Below, piece after piece: positions 28,362-40,482 of a DNA stretch of 64,000 bases. Within the stretch, counting starts at the first letter, position 1, and every line of letters begins with the position of its first letter. The translations under genes and the position numbers were made by a program. The stretch covers positions 2,400,001 through 2,464,000 of the forward strand of contig CAXXWQ010000003.1 of assembly GCA_963674945.2 (NCBI GenBank), read 5' to 3'. The DNA is from an uncultured Desulfosarcina sp. Its GTDB lineage: Bacteria; Desulfobacterota; Desulfobacteria; Desulfobacterales; Desulfosarcinaceae. Below the pieces are notes generated by a model. It saw nothing but the letters and a program-made list of their open reading frames with translations. It did not search any database and was not told the DNA's origin.

Positions 28362-31300
28362 TTACGGTGTAGGTAAAGTTACAGTACCGCCTAACCGGAA
28401 ATACTCTTGTCTCAGAGCATCAGAGAAATCTTGGCAGTTATTTTCTGTTGCAACATTGTAATTGCTCCTATCCCAACGGCCTTCAAGGTTTCTTAACGCT
28501 CTTCGCATAATATCATCATCGTATATCGGCCCTCGGAATGTGTAATCACCCCTCGTATGGCCAGTATCTTCTCTTACTCTCCCTGGCTTATTCCACATTC
28601 CATTATCTCCGAAAAAACCTATATTGGTACGCAAGTTTGGATTCCTTGCAGCATCGTCAAACCAAAGCTGTTCATGCACCCATTCGGTATTGTGTTGATC
28701 GTCGAAAACATTAACACCGTCGGGATCATTAACACCGTAGGGAGGGATGAAACCCAGCTTATCGAGAGGTCTATAACCAAATTGTGCAAGTCCCCATGGA
28801 TCAATATAGTTGATGGGGTTGTTCGATGTGTATGAATAGAGGTTAATGCCCCCAGCCAACCCAATCGGATCAGCCGTTAGGTATCTCCCAGTGGCCGGAT
28901 CGTAGTAGCGATGGTAATTATAATGCAGGCCGGTTTCCTCATCGTAGTATTGGCCCGGCAACCGCAAGTTATTCTCAATAGTATTGACCGTAATACCACC
29001 ATTCGGAGCAAGTGGCATAGTCCAACCCACCTGACCAAACGGTTTGTAATCCGCAGCCCAAACCACCGTGCCGCTGCTATCGGTCATCTTTTGCGGGGTT
29101 CCCAGATGGTCAGTGTGGTAAATGTAAATATCTTCATTTGTACCATTGATTTTAACGTTTGCAAAGGGAACTCCATTGAGATAGATGTATAATTGCGTTA
29201 GATTTCCCAGAGCGTCGCTTTCTCCGATCAGACGGCCGTCTTTGTCATAATGATAATTGGTCGTCAACCCCCCGTGGATTTTCTTTATTCTTTGTCCCAT
29301 TGGGTTGTAAACATATTCCGTAGGCGTGGCCGTCACAGAAACCGCCGTCTCTGCCGCCGATGAAACCAAGTTTCCATCATCGTCGTAGCTGTGAATTACT
29401 GTTTTCCCTGGTGTTAATGATTCAGTTACATCCAGTTTATTGCTGTCGGGGTCATAACTGTAATCTCTTAACTCCATCGTCCATTCGACATTATTTTTCA
29501 GCACTTTTCTGTCATACCACTCTCGGTTGCCATTTGGCTCATAACCGGTGAAATCAACCGATCCATAAACTCCCGTGAAATAATCGATGCGGTATAAATT
29601 ATCATAGTTGAAATGTTGGTCACGGGTGCTGTCTGCTGTGTTTGAAATATCGGTGATGTTGCCGACATCATCAGGTATGAATTCAAGCCCCTGGATCGTA
29701 ACGCCGCCATTGATGGTACTATCATTGATTGTATCGATCCCATAGCTTAAATCGTAAGTTCTCACCGAGACGCTGTTGTTGGACCATGCATAAAGTGTCC
29801 TCATCGGTCCGAAGGGCTGGTAGTAAATGCCGTTGGCAAGAATTTGCAATGGTGAGGCATCGCTTTGTTTGTAATCCACCCCCGAAACTTGACCGGCACT
29901 ATCTCGATTATAGGATACGATTTGTCCCCCAGGCATAATCATCTTGTCGAGCAAGTTCCCTGAATCATAGACATATTCGGTTACGTAAGAAATGCCGTCT
30001 ACTATCTTGGTGACTTTGTTAAGATTCCCATTCGCATCGTATCCGTAACTATAGCTGCTGAAACCGTCGATCATTCCGGTCAAACGGCCGATACCATAAT
30101 TGATCCCGCTTTCGTAGGCATCATAGGTATAGATAACATCATGCTTGTCATAAGCATAATCCTCAAATTTCAGTCGGTTGAGGGCATCATAACTGTATGC
30201 AACGGTTATTCCGCTATTTTTTACCATGGTTTCAAGGGCACCAACCTCATTGTAGGCATATCGGGTTGTCCCGGTATCAGGGGAATTCCGTTTAACCATG
30301 CGGCTCATATCATCAAAAACGAAAATTGTTTCCAGTTCTTTCGCGTCTTTCACCGAAGAAAGGTTGCCATGCCTGTCGTAACCATAAATGACAACTTGAT
30401 TTTCCGGCTGAGTTATCGTAACCGGCCTGTTAAAGGAATCATAAAGGATGGTGCTCTCATTGAGTAGAGCATCGGTTATACTGTCTGTGTTGCCTGCGGC
30501 ATCATAACCGTAAAGAGTCTCCAAATCCGAGGTATCCTCATGGTTTCTCCAGATGATTTTCCAAAGTTTTCCCGGACTGTCCGGTGACTGGTAATCAAAA
30601 CGTTGCCAAAACTTCCGTTCACCAGTTGACCTATGAAAAGATACATCGTTTATATTTCCCTGGTTATCGTAGTCGTATAGCTGGTAATTGCTAAGACCGT
30701 CTGTGATGGTTTTGAGAAGGCCATTTTTAAGGACGCCATTTGTAGAGTCATAATAGCCAAATCCTATCGATCTTCCCGCGCCGTCGGTTTCGCTGACAAT
30801 ATTTCCGGAAATGTCATACCTTATAGATTGAGTAATACTATCGGTGGTCCAACCCAGCAATCGGTTGCGACCGTCATATTGATCAAAGGTCGTTAGCACA
30901 TTGTTCCGGTCGACAACGTTACCGGGATTGCCGGCGGCATCGTAGCCTCCAAATGTTGTTGTTCCTACTATCGGTCGGGTAATGGTTTCCAGGTCGCCTG
31001 TCAGTGGATAATATGTAAACGCTGTTGTGTCATCCGCACCAGAAAGCGGTCCATCGACACTTTCAATTTGCCCTTCTGGATTGTAATAATATGCTGTTAC
31101 ATATTCATAGGCAATGACTTCCCCATTTTCATCATAGGTAAACCCCTTTTCGATTAACCGGCTCAATCGTGGCGTGGGATTTTCATTTGGAATTGTATTG
31201 CCGTCATCGTCATAATCCCAGATGGTTTCTTTCAGGCGAGATCCGTCACCCGTATCCAACGTGCTGATTTCAGTACGGCTAAGCAGCAGTCTCAAGTATG

Positions 31301-33011
31301 GAAAGCTTGTTTCATCGTAGGTGAAATGGATAACACGTTCATCAACAGCCCCAGAAGCAAGCCTCACGGTCGTTGCATTATCCTGGCTGTCATAGTCTTC
31401 AAAACTATCAATTCTTCCATTGGCGTACTCTTTTTCCATAATTCTGCCGCTGGTATCATAGTCAATCCGAACTACATCTTCATTGCAGGTTGAACATCCA
31501 ACCGTTCCCTGAGCCTGGATAATACGTTTGCGGGCATCAATTGACGAATCAATCGTGTACGAGCGGGTAAAATCGTAAGCGTCCGTTACATCTACCTGAG
31601 TTTCACTCACGAAAAGGATGGTGACTCCTGTTCCTTCTCTGTTTATGTTCTTATAAGCTTTGTCATTGTATCCATAGAACCATGTTGCTAAAGTGTTTGA
31701 CTGCTTATCACTTTTTTGGGTCAGATTGTGATCATCGTTTGGATCCTCATACTTATAATCAAATCCAGACCCATCAGCATAAGTGACTGAATCCAAATTG
31801 TTATTGGTGTCGTATCCAAAAGAAACCCAGATGCCATTGGGAATGCTTTGGGTGACTGGCCCGACAATATGGTCAAGATTGTTATTCGCATTATAATAAA
31901 ATGTCAGGCTACGGTTGCTGGATTGATCAAGAATCGTTTCCAAGCGGTTGTAGCTATTATATGAGAGTGATAGCTGGTTGCCATTTCGATCCTCAATTCT
32001 TATCAAAACGCCGTACTCATCAAAGAAATAAAGCAGGCTGTCGTTACGCTTCCACACATATTCGTTATTTTCCAACACGACTGAACTCTTTTCATTGTAA
32101 AGACCAATGAAGTTGATATTGTCTGTTGTTGAAAAAAACACGCCTCGTCCGGACTCATCTTTGATTTTAATCATACTGGAATCGGAGTAGTTAGTGGTCA
32201 GTACGGCACTGAAACTATGAGACCATCCGTATCCGAGGGCTCCGCTCTGAGTGGACTGGCTGTTATAGAATCGTTTGAAAACCAAACCATTATGAAATGG
32301 TGATGGGAGTGAGATATCTCTCTCTCTTTCCACCAAGTTGCCGCTTAAAATGTTTATCGGGTCACCTTTTTTTTCACATATCCGATATGGGGGGAGATTG
32401 ATTTCGTTTCCCAAGTAAAGTTCGGTCTCCCAGTCGCAGGCATCGCCCACACCGTCACCATCATGATCCAGCTGACCTGGGTTAAACTCCTCTATACAGT
32501 TGTCTGTGCAGTCGCCTACCCCATCTCCGTCAAAATCGTTTCCCTCGCAGCAATCAAAGTCTCCATCGCCGTCAGAATCCGGTAGCCAAAAATAAGCGTA
32601 CAGGACGTCGTCAAACATTTGTGTTTCCGAATTATATGTACTATCCTTGTGGCAGATAGCAGATGGATTAGCAGTCCCTGAGTACATATGGGGCATGTAT
32701 ACAGATTCGAGAACATAACTAATAGGGTTTGTCGGGTGGTTTGACTGAATTGCAGCAAAAGCTTCGTTGTAGCTATCGTAAACTCCCATTGCATGACCAA
32801 TAAAATTAATACTTCCGTCTGTCCATACAGCATCGTGAAAAGAACCACAATCAGGGCTTAGCTCAGCCCCAAAGACATCGTGGCTGAATAGCAGAGGAAA
32901 GTGAAATCCAAAGAGGGTAACGATTATGGTTATGGTAATTGATTTAACCGACATCAATTTCGACTTAAAGTGATAAGCCTTGATAAAAAAAGCAGAAATT
33001 CGCCTCATCAT
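28362..33011 (-). CDS. RHS/YD-repeat polymorphic toxin with signal peptide, TSP3-like repeats and papain-like C-terminal domain
   Basis: DGDGVGDACD repeats, GDPINILSGN..LGYGWSH (DUF6531-like), YD repeats, core PGQYYDEETGLHYNYHRYYDP..DPIGL..DPWGL, tip with HEQ and YNVATENNCQDF. Confidence 0.93.
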   Translation of the reverse strand: MMRRISAFFIKAYHFKSKLMSVKSITITIIVTLFGFHFPLLFSHDVFGAELSPDCGSFHDAVWTDGSINFIGHAMGVYDSYNEAFAAIQSNHPTNPISYVLESVYMPHMYSGTANPSAICHKDSTYNSETQMFDDVLYAYFWLPDSDGDGDFDCCEGNDFDGDGVGDCTDNCIEEFNPGQLDHDGDGVGDACDWETELYLGNEINLPPYRICEKKGDPINILSGNLVERERDISLPSPFHNGLVFKRFYNSQSTQSGALGYGWSHSFSAVLTTNYSDSSMIKIKDESGRGVFFSTTDNINFIGLYNEKSSVVLENNEYVWKRNDSLLYFFDEYGVLIRIEDRNGNQLSLSYNSYNRLETILDQSSNRSLTFYYNANNNLDHIVGPVTQSIPNGIWVSFGYDTNNNLDSVTYADGSGFDYKYEDPNDDHNLTQKSDKQSNTLATWFYGYNDKAYKNINREGTGVTILFVSETQVDVTDAYDFTRSYTIDSSIDARKRIIQAQGTVGCSTCNEDVVRIDYDTSGRIMEKEYANGRIDSFEDYDSQDNATTVRLASGAVDERVIHFTYDETSFPYLRLLLSRTEISTLDTGDGSRLKETIWDYDDDGNTIPNENPTPRLSRLIEKGFTYDENGEVIAYEYVTAYYYNPEGQIESVDGPLSGADDTTAFTYYPLTGDLETITRPIVGTTTFGGYDAAGNPGNVVDRNNVLTTFDQYDGRNRLLGWTTDSITQSIRYDISGNIVSETDGAGRSIGFGYYDSTNGVLKNGLLKTITDGLSNYQLYDYDNQGNINDVSFHRSTGERKFWQRFDYQSPDSPGKLWKIIWRNHEDTSDLETLYGYDAAGNTDSITDALLNESTILYDSFNRPVTITQPENQVVIYGYDRHGNLSSVKDAKELETIFVFDDMSRMVKRNSPDTGTTRYAYNEVGALETMVKNSGITVAYSYDALNRLKFEDYAYDKHDVIYTYDAYESGINYGIGRLTGMIDGFSSYSYGYDANGNLNKVTKIVDGISYVTEYVYDSGNLLDKMIMPGGQIVSYNRDSAGQVSGVDYKQSDASPLQILANGIYYQPFGPMRTLYAWSNNSVSVRTYDLSYGIDTINDSTINGGVTIQGLEFIPDDVGNITDISNTADSTRDQHFNYDNLYRIDYFTGVYGSVDFTGYEPNGNREWYDRKVLKNNVEWTMELRDYSYDPDSNKLDVTESLTPGKTVIHSYDDDGNLVSSAAETAVSVTATPTEYVYNPMGQRIKKIHGGLTTNYHYDKDGRLIGESDALGNLTQLYIYLNGVPFANVKINGTNEDIYIYHTDHLGTPQKMTDSSGTVVWAADYKPFGQVGWTMPLAPNGGITVNTIENNLRLPGQYYDEETGLHYNYHRYYDPATGRYLTADPIGLAGGINLYSYTSNNPINYIDPWGLAQFGYRPLDKLGFIPPYGVNDPDGVNVFDDQHNTEWVHEQLWFDDAARNPNLRTNIGFFGDNGMWNKPGRVREDTGHTRGDYTFRGPIYDDDIMRRALRNLEGRWDRSNYNVATENNCQDFSDALRQEYFRLGGTVTLPTP

Positions 33012-33141
33012 TCTCTCCCTTATCGCTCTGCTTATGCTTGAATGGAAAATGTAAGTTCAGCATTAATGGGGTTGAATCCGTATGTAAATTCACAGTTGAA
33101 AGACCAGACAAATGATGAATCAAATGAGGAAGAGGTATCGA

Positions 33142-33687
33142 TCATCTTGGTTGTACCTTGATAAAATGGGTCATCCTTCCTCTTGCATCGTAAATATAAT
33201 AATCGCCTGGATTCAAAGTATCATTTTCGTGCGACAGGTCACCGCCTAAGTTATTGACTTCCCACCAGTCGGGAATGCTATCGCCATCGGAGTCCATGAC
33301 GCCGTCGGAGGGGTCCAGTCCAAGATTATATTCATCCATGTTGTTTAACCCGTCACCGTCATAATCATCGGTCGGTCCTTGCGATAGGTCAGGAAAATAC
33401 TGAAGCTCCCAGTTGTTGGGAAGACCGTCGTCGAAAGAGACGATAGTGAGCGTGCCTCCGGATTTGATCACAGTGGTGGGTCTCAGTTTGACGGTCGCCT
33501 CCGTCGCCAATGTCACATCCACGCCATCGTCCACCGTGCAGCTGTTTTGGGTGATGATATTACCCGTGGAAGTATATGTGTCGCTGGTGAGACCCCCTTC
33601 CAGGTAGAGGTCGGCGGCAGCGGCAACGGATACCGCCAAAGGAATTGCCGTCAATATCCAAATCAAACAGGTAATGAATCTGTTCAT
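33142..33687 (-). CDS. Secreted protein with Ca-binding DxDxDG repeats and one terminal YD repeat
   Basis: Signal peptide, DDGLPNNWE, DYDGDGLNNMDEY, DSDGDSIPDWWE, YIYDARGRMT. Confidence 0.82.
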   Translation of the reverse strand: MNRFITCLIWILTAIPLAVSVAAAADLYLEGGLTSDTYTSTGNIITQNSCTVDDGVDVTLATEATVKLRPTTVIKSGGTLTIVSFDDGLPNNWELQYFPDLSQGPTDDYDGDGLNNMDEYNLGLDPSDGVMDSDGDSIPDWWEVNNLGGDLSHENDTLNPGDYYIYDARGRMTHFIKVQPR

Positions 33688-33767
33688 CTTTTTTTCCTCG
33701 TGAGGTATTGTGGTGGAGGCAGGTCATGAGCGGTTACCAAAGAGCACTCTTCGATAATCGACTGGCA

Positions 33768-34889
33768 TCAAGATTTTTCCTCCAGTTTCGCCAGCCGGTC
33801 CAATACCTCATCCAAGGTCTTCTGGATGGCTTCGTTTTCCACTTTTAATTCATCGCTTACTGCCTTAAGCGCTTCGTTATCGGATTTTAGTTCTTCAACG
33901 GCAATCTGAAGCTCTTCGACAATATCCATGCTTGACGTCTGTTCCTTCAGTGTATCGATTTCAGTGCTCAGTTCCTTGACGGCTTCTACGATCGGCGGAA
34001 GTAATCGTGTGTATGCGATTGACTTGTAACCATCAGCGCCAGTCAGTACTAATTCCGGATATATCTCTTCTACTTCCTGGGCTATAAAGCCGAATTGATA
34101 TTTTTGATCCTTATCCGGCTTTTTCATTTTTGTGTGATATTTTACGCTGCGTAATTTCTTGATTTGGTCCAGTGAATCCCCAAGCTCCTCAATATCTTCC
34201 TTGATTCTTTCGTCCGAGGACTCACTAAAAATTCCATCTTCCCTAAAGAGGAAATACCCATTATCGTTCACCATAAGTTCTAAATAGGACACGCCATAAT
34301 AACCTCCAAAGAAGTTAGCCTTCATTGGTGTGCTCCAGTCGGTCATTAAATTCTGGACGATCAACCCGCCGGCCTTCGAACCTGCGACGGTCGTAGCGTC
34401 GCCTTTAACATGCAACATCGCACTCGGCGATGTCGTATTGATACCGACATTCCCAAATCTATTCTGAAACAATCCCAGATTCCATGGGATTGTCGAGCCG
34501 TTTGTACCGGAACCTGCGGATTCTAACCGGAAATTTCCGTTCTCATCCATCCGAAGCTTAATTGCGCCATTGCATGCACCGCAGTATTTATCATTGTTGT
34601 CCGCACCCGTCTTGATCTGCCAATTCCCGTATCCATCGTGTGTAGTTATACGAATTTGGCCACTGTCAAACCATATGTTGTCCTCACCTGTAAGATAAAT
34701 GGCAGGAGTTTCGTTCGCTCCCGGGACATGAAGCTTTCCCAGAGGATTCGTTACACCAACCCCGACTCTACCCTGCTCCGTTACAATCAAGCTCTCGGTA
34801 TCTTGGGAAAAAACAAAGGTAGGAGAAAAAAAGGTGAGAATAAACGCAATAATGATGGGCAATACGCATTGAACCGCTTTCATGGTCAT
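33768..34889 (-). CDS. Secreted fibre-like protein with Peptidase_S74 chaperone domain
   Basis: Signal peptide; GRVGVGVTNP/GNVGINTTSP repeats; SSDERIKEDI...GFIAQEVEEIYPELV...IAY; C-terminal coiled coil. Confidence 0.88.
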   Translation of the reverse strand: MTMKAVQCVLPIIIAFILTFFSPTFVFSQDTESLIVTEQGRVGVGVTNPLGKLHVPGANETPAIYLTGEDNIWFDSGQIRITTHDGYGNWQIKTGADNNDKYCGACNGAIKLRMDENGNFRLESAGSGTNGSTIPWNLGLFQNRFGNVGINTTSPSAMLHVKGDATTVAGSKAGGLIVQNLMTDWSTPMKANFFGGYYGVSYLELMVNDNGYFLFREDGIFSESSDERIKEDIEELGDSLDQIKKLRSVKYHTKMKKPDKDQKYQFGFIAQEVEEIYPELVLTGADGYKSIAYTRLLPPIVEAVKELSTEIDTLKEQTSSMDIVEELQIAVEELKSDNEALKAVSDELKVENEAIQKTLDEVLDRLAKLEEKS

Positions 34890-35743
34890 CCCTCCGCATG
34901 GTCGTTAATGGCTATCGTTTCTTTTACAAGATCCAGGCTATTTATCAGAATCGCGTAGTTCGAAATCGCGCTTTAGCTACAACATTCACTCACATCTCAG
35001 CATATATCACTCACAACGTCGCATGGCAGAGGATCAACGTTCGGCCAAACGAATGGATGACCGTATTGTCGAATTTCTCAACAAACGGCAGCGTATTTTA
35101 GAAGATTGTATTGATAGAGAATTTTATAAATCAGAAGAGTCGAAGTGTCAACACTATATATAAATGTACTCATTTCGCGTAAATTATAAGTAGTGAAAAA
35201 AATCTCATATACTGAAATTGAAATAATGAGGATTGGGGGCAGGTAAGTGAGGAAATAAGTATAGTGAGCATCAATTAACGAGACGAGTGAAAAAGTACCA
35301 ATCTTGATTGTTGCTTATCTTCCTTATTAATTTGCGAAATCATAATCCGAGTATAATGGCGATGAGGTCATGCCGAGATGGTAGAAGGAAGAAATCGTGC
35401 TTATCCCAAATTGCTTATCAGTTTTGTCGGACAACAAAAAGGATTCGGGAATCGTATTCTTGTTCCCCAAAATGGCCAAGGCCCCACCATTGAGGGCCTT
35501 AAAAATAGGTTGCAGTTAACTATTTTATCGGCTGGTTTGGGAAAAACGTGAGCCGACTATTTCCGGCACGGACCGTCAATTTCACTCGTAACGGCCGGTT
35601 TGGTGACGCAGCTAATGACCTGGTGCCCTCGATAAAGACAGCGATGAGGTTCTGATACGGCTCTCGGGGAACCTGATACCGTTTCCATTAACGAGGAGAG
35701 CATGGCATGTATGATGAACTTGACACATACGGAGTAAGAAACG

Positions 35744-36001
35744 ATGAAAAAGACTCCCATCGACAAAGACGAAGCCCTCAGGATCGCCCAAAAGCAATGC
35801 CCCCCATCGATAGAGTCGTTTGAGATTTATGAACAAAGGCCGGAAAATTGGAATATCTATGTTGCGCCGGCGGTTAGCGGGGAATGTTGGTATATCCAGG
35901 CGCCAGGCACAGGCGCCGGCCCGTAAATCTCTCGTGCCATAATCATTTCCAAGGAAAACGGCGAGGTAATCTATGATGGATCCGCAAACGATGAAGGATA
36001 A
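35744..36001 (+). pseudogene. Small gene with probable premature stop
   Basis: GGAG SD; the frame continues past TAA 35924-35926 as ISRAIIISKENGEVIYDGSANDEG*. Confidence 0.5.
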
Positions 36002-36365
36002 AACGGTCCTCCGGCGTTCCCTATGTTATTGAAGCCCCAAAATATGCAGGGGGATCACAAGTTTCCCGCATCGCATTTTGTATAAGACTGCCTTTCCGAG
36101 ATTTTCCGGTGCAAGTTTTGTTTGACATTTCTTCCTTCAGAGGAGAATATCAATTTATAGCAACAGTACGACCTTAGCTCCTAATTTCTACACCGTTCCT
36201 ACCCGCCAGTTCATTCATGTTTGTTGCTTGATAATCCGGGTAACAATTTAAATTCATTAAATTAGTGCCCATTTTTCTGCGGACACATCTTGGGCAATCG
36301 CGCGGATCTTCCTGGATAGTGCTTGGGAGAAACCGTCTCGGTTAGTTATACAAAGTAGGTTTCAG

Positions 36366-36695
36366 ATGGCAAGCTTTCTTGAAAAACGAAAATCCACTCG
36401 TCACGATGCCAAGGGATCAATTACACTGTATTCATCCATCGTGCCTACCATGAATATACATGCAAGTATACTTGATGTCAGCCATGAAGGAATCAGTTTT
36501 TCGGCAAACAAACGATTGGCTCCTGGAACAACAATTCTGTATAAAGCCTCAATGGACAGCTGCTTGTGCCCGAACAAGGAAGGGGCCTGCCAATTGCATT
36601 CAATCAGCTTTGTGACGGTTAAATGGTGCAATGGGGGTATTACACATGAGGATCGCACCATTTATACGATGGGTGCGACTTATTTGATCCCTTAG
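36366..36695 (+). CDS. PilZ domain protein
   Basis: EKRKSTRH (RxxxR) and DVSHEG (DxSxxG). Confidence 0.85.
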   Translation: MASFLEKRKSTRHDAKGSITLYSSIVPTMNIHASILDVSHEGISFSANKRLAPGTTILYKASMDSCLCPNKEGACQLHSISFVTVKWCNGGITHEDRTIYTMGATYLIP

Positions 36696-36917
36696 TGATG
36701 AGGGAATGCAATCAATTGAATATAGGCGTATCACCAAAAAACCGGATTCCCCGGCAGCGGTCTAATATAACCATAACAAACTGGCCATAGAATATTTCGC
36801 AAGCTTCCCGTGCTTCATCTTCACACGGCTGGATCATCCCCTCCCCCGATGGTCCGGCTTCCTTTTGTGCAATCATAACCAAAACCGGTCCGGCCCATTC
36901 GAATTGATCAAATTTGC

Positions 36918-36936
36918 TTACATAGTGCTTACACGG
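36918..36936. repeat. Second copy of the 19-bp arm-type repeat
   Basis: Identical to 8060-8078. Confidence 0.8.
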
Positions 36937-36991
36937 GCCTAAAAACACGAAAGGAGCTACAAATTTTAAATTTGTAACCCCTTGAAATTTC

Positions 36992-37068
<77 letters not shown>

Positions 37069-37156
37069 TAAAGATGGACTGCTTTTTAAGCCAAACCGCA
37101 GTCCATGTCAATGGGTTCTTGAAATAATTATTGATCAAAGCCGACAAAGACTATAA

Positions 37157-37639
37157 TTGCCGAGCATGTGCCTCAGTCACGAACATTTTATGGAAATGGC
37201 GGTCGAACAGGCGATCCGCGCAGGCCGAATGGACGAAGTTCCCATCGGTGCGGTCATGGTGGATGCGCATCAAAATGTTATCGCCCGGGATCACAATCGA
37301 ACCATCAGCCGATGTGATCCCTCGGCCCATGCCGAGATGAATGTGATACGTGCGGCAGCCGCCAGGATACATAATTATCGTTTGTTAAACACGACGCTAT
37401 ATGTTACCGTCGAACCTTGTGCCATGTGCATGGGGACGATTTTGCATGCCAGGATCAAGACCCTTGTTTACGGAGCGCCGGATCCCAAATGGGGGGCCGC
37501 AGAAAGCCTTTACCAGTTGGGCAATGATACGCGACTCAATCACCAGGTGGAGATCGTTCATGGAATCTGTTCACACCGATGCAGTTCCGTGATTCAGGAA
37601 TTTTTCCGCCACCTGCGGGAAACGAAGAGTAAAGCCTGA
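37157..37639 (+). CDS. tadA: tRNA adenosine(34) deaminase
   Basis: EVPIGAV, DPSAHAE, NYRL, VTVEPCAMC. Confidence 0.93.
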   Translation: MPSMCLSHEHFMEMAVEQAIRAGRMDEVPIGAVMVDAHQNVIARDHNRTISRCDPSAHAEMNVIRAAAARIHNYRLLNTTLYVTVEPCAMCMGTILHARIKTLVYGAPDPKWGAAESLYQLGNDTRLNHQVEIVHGICSHRCSSVIQEFFRHLRETKSKA

Positions 37640-37652
37640 TACGTTTTTATGA

Positions 37653-38957
<1,305 letters not shown>

Positions 38958-39025
38958 AAAATGAGGTGGAAACACGGTTGCGACTATTGACATTTCCCAT
39001 GCCTTGAAATACAAGGACCTTCCAT

Positions 39026-39102
39026 CGGGACATGGCTCAGTCTGGTAGAGCACAGCGTTCGGGACGCTGGGGTCGCAGGTTCAAATCCTGCTGTCCCGAC
39101 CA
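39026..39102 (+). tRNA. tRNA-Pro (CGG)
   Basis: CGGGACA...CAGCG-TTCGGGA-CGCTG...TTCAAAT...TGTCCCG-A-CCA. Confidence 0.97.
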
Positions 39103-39114
39103 ATAATAAAATCA

Positions 39115-39151
39115 AAGGGGTTGCGAACGATTCGCGACCCCTTATTTTTTT
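39115..39151 (+). terminator. Intrinsic terminator after tRNA-Pro
   Basis: AAGGGGTTGCGAA-CGA-TTCGCGACCCCTT followed by a T run. Confidence 0.8.
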
Positions 39152-39361
39152 CAAATGGAAGTTTCTTGGCAAATCGTTTCGTGTCTATTCGTGACCGCGC
39201 AGACAACACTCTTCCACAACCCCCGAGTCCCTCACAGACATTGCCAGCGAATAACATAAAGGAAATGCCGGCGGATTATATGAGAGGTGGTGGAACGTTT
39301 TGAAAAGATCACCTCTTTTGCCTTGACCACTCCCGTATTTTCCGAACTTCATTTTTTCTGA

Positions 39362-39547
39362 TTACCGGCACGCAGTACGGATTTTGTTGATTTCATCGGA
39401 TGGAATCCCAAGCCAGGTCAAAAAGTCCTTATGACCTTCAGGATTGCGTGTTTCAAACAGGCGGTGCCACTTCATCATCGTCTCATCTGACATTCCCATA
39501 TCCCGGAACATGGCAACCCAATCTTCTTTGTTAACTGTCTTTGACAT
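39362..39547 (-). CDS. Small protein resembling a MerR-regulator C-terminal domain
   Basis: WVAMFRDMGMSDETMMKWHRLFE..PEGH.DFL.WLG. Confidence 0.65.
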   Translation of the reverse strand: MSKTVNKEDWVAMFRDMGMSDETMMKWHRLFETRNPEGHKDFLTWLGIPSDEINKIRTACR

Positions 39548-39671
39548 TGTCATTCTCCCTCTATTGTTGGTTTTTGTTACTGCCACGGCCATGACAATGT
39601 ATCGTATAAACTGTGAACCAATAGACAGGTCAACCGCTAAAAACCATTTTTTTCAAGCGCCAATACTCCCT

Positions 39672-40433
39672 CTATAGCCACACTGCCCAGTCGCCGTAGT
39701 CAAATATTCCGCTGCCGTGATTCAATTTGCCCTGTTCCTGCAACTGCCGAAAAGCGTCACGCATTCTGCATAAAATCTCAGGCTGAATATTCAATGTGTG
39801 ATGCGCAGGGAACACGTGCTTTGCCGGCAGGGCCGAAACCCGCTCCAGAGAGTTGAGGTACGCCTTCGGGTCGGTTGACGGGAAATAGGCAAACAGTGTG
39901 TCTTTATAAACCAGATCACCGGTAAAAAGATAACCGCGTTCCTTTTCCCAAAAACACATATGCCCTGGCGAATGGCCGGGTGTATGCAGAATTTGAACAA
40001 AACGGTCTCCGATGGGAATCACTTCATTACCCTTCAACACCCTTGTCGGATCGCCCTGGAAGAATTCATATGTATTTACGTCATACCCTTCCGGCAAGTC
40101 ACAGCGGTCCACAACCATGCCTTTCATCTGCTCCATTGTCAGGGGGAATTCTCCGTTTAGCCAGTTTATTTCAGCCTCATGGGCGTAAAAGTCCGGGAAG
40201 AATTTATGACCGCCGATGTGATCCCAATGAATGTGCGTGGCGATGGCAGTAACCGGCTTGTTCGTCAGCCGGATGACTTCCTCATAGATATTACAGATGC
40301 CAAGCCCGGTATCAATCAGCAGACTGTGGTCAGAGCCATTCAAGAGATAACAATGCGTTTCTTCCCAGTGGCGATATTCGCTTATGATATAAGTTTCCCT
40401 GTCGATTTGATCTATTGTAAACCAATTGTTCAT
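39672..40433 (-). CDS. Metallo-beta-lactamase-fold hydrolase
   Basis: THIHWDHIGG, HTPGHSPG, FTGD, PAH; start reassigned to MNNWF. Confidence 0.92.
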   Translation of the reverse strand: MNNWFTIDQIDRETYIISEYRHWEETHCYLLNGSDHSLLIDTGLGICNIYEEVIRLTNKPVTAIATHIHWDHIGGHKFFPDFYAHEAEINWLNGEFPLTMEQMKGMVVDRCDLPEGYDVNTYEFFQGDPTRVLKGNEVIPIGDRFVQILHTPGHSPGHMCFWEKERGYLFTGDLVYKDTLFAYFPSTDPKAYLNSLERVSALPAKHVFPAHHTLNIQPEILCRMRDAFRQLQEQGKLNHGSGIFDYGDWAVWL

Positions 40434-40482
40434 TTGATAAATCCTTAATCCATTTAATATTTCCTGTTTCCGTGGCACAAAA

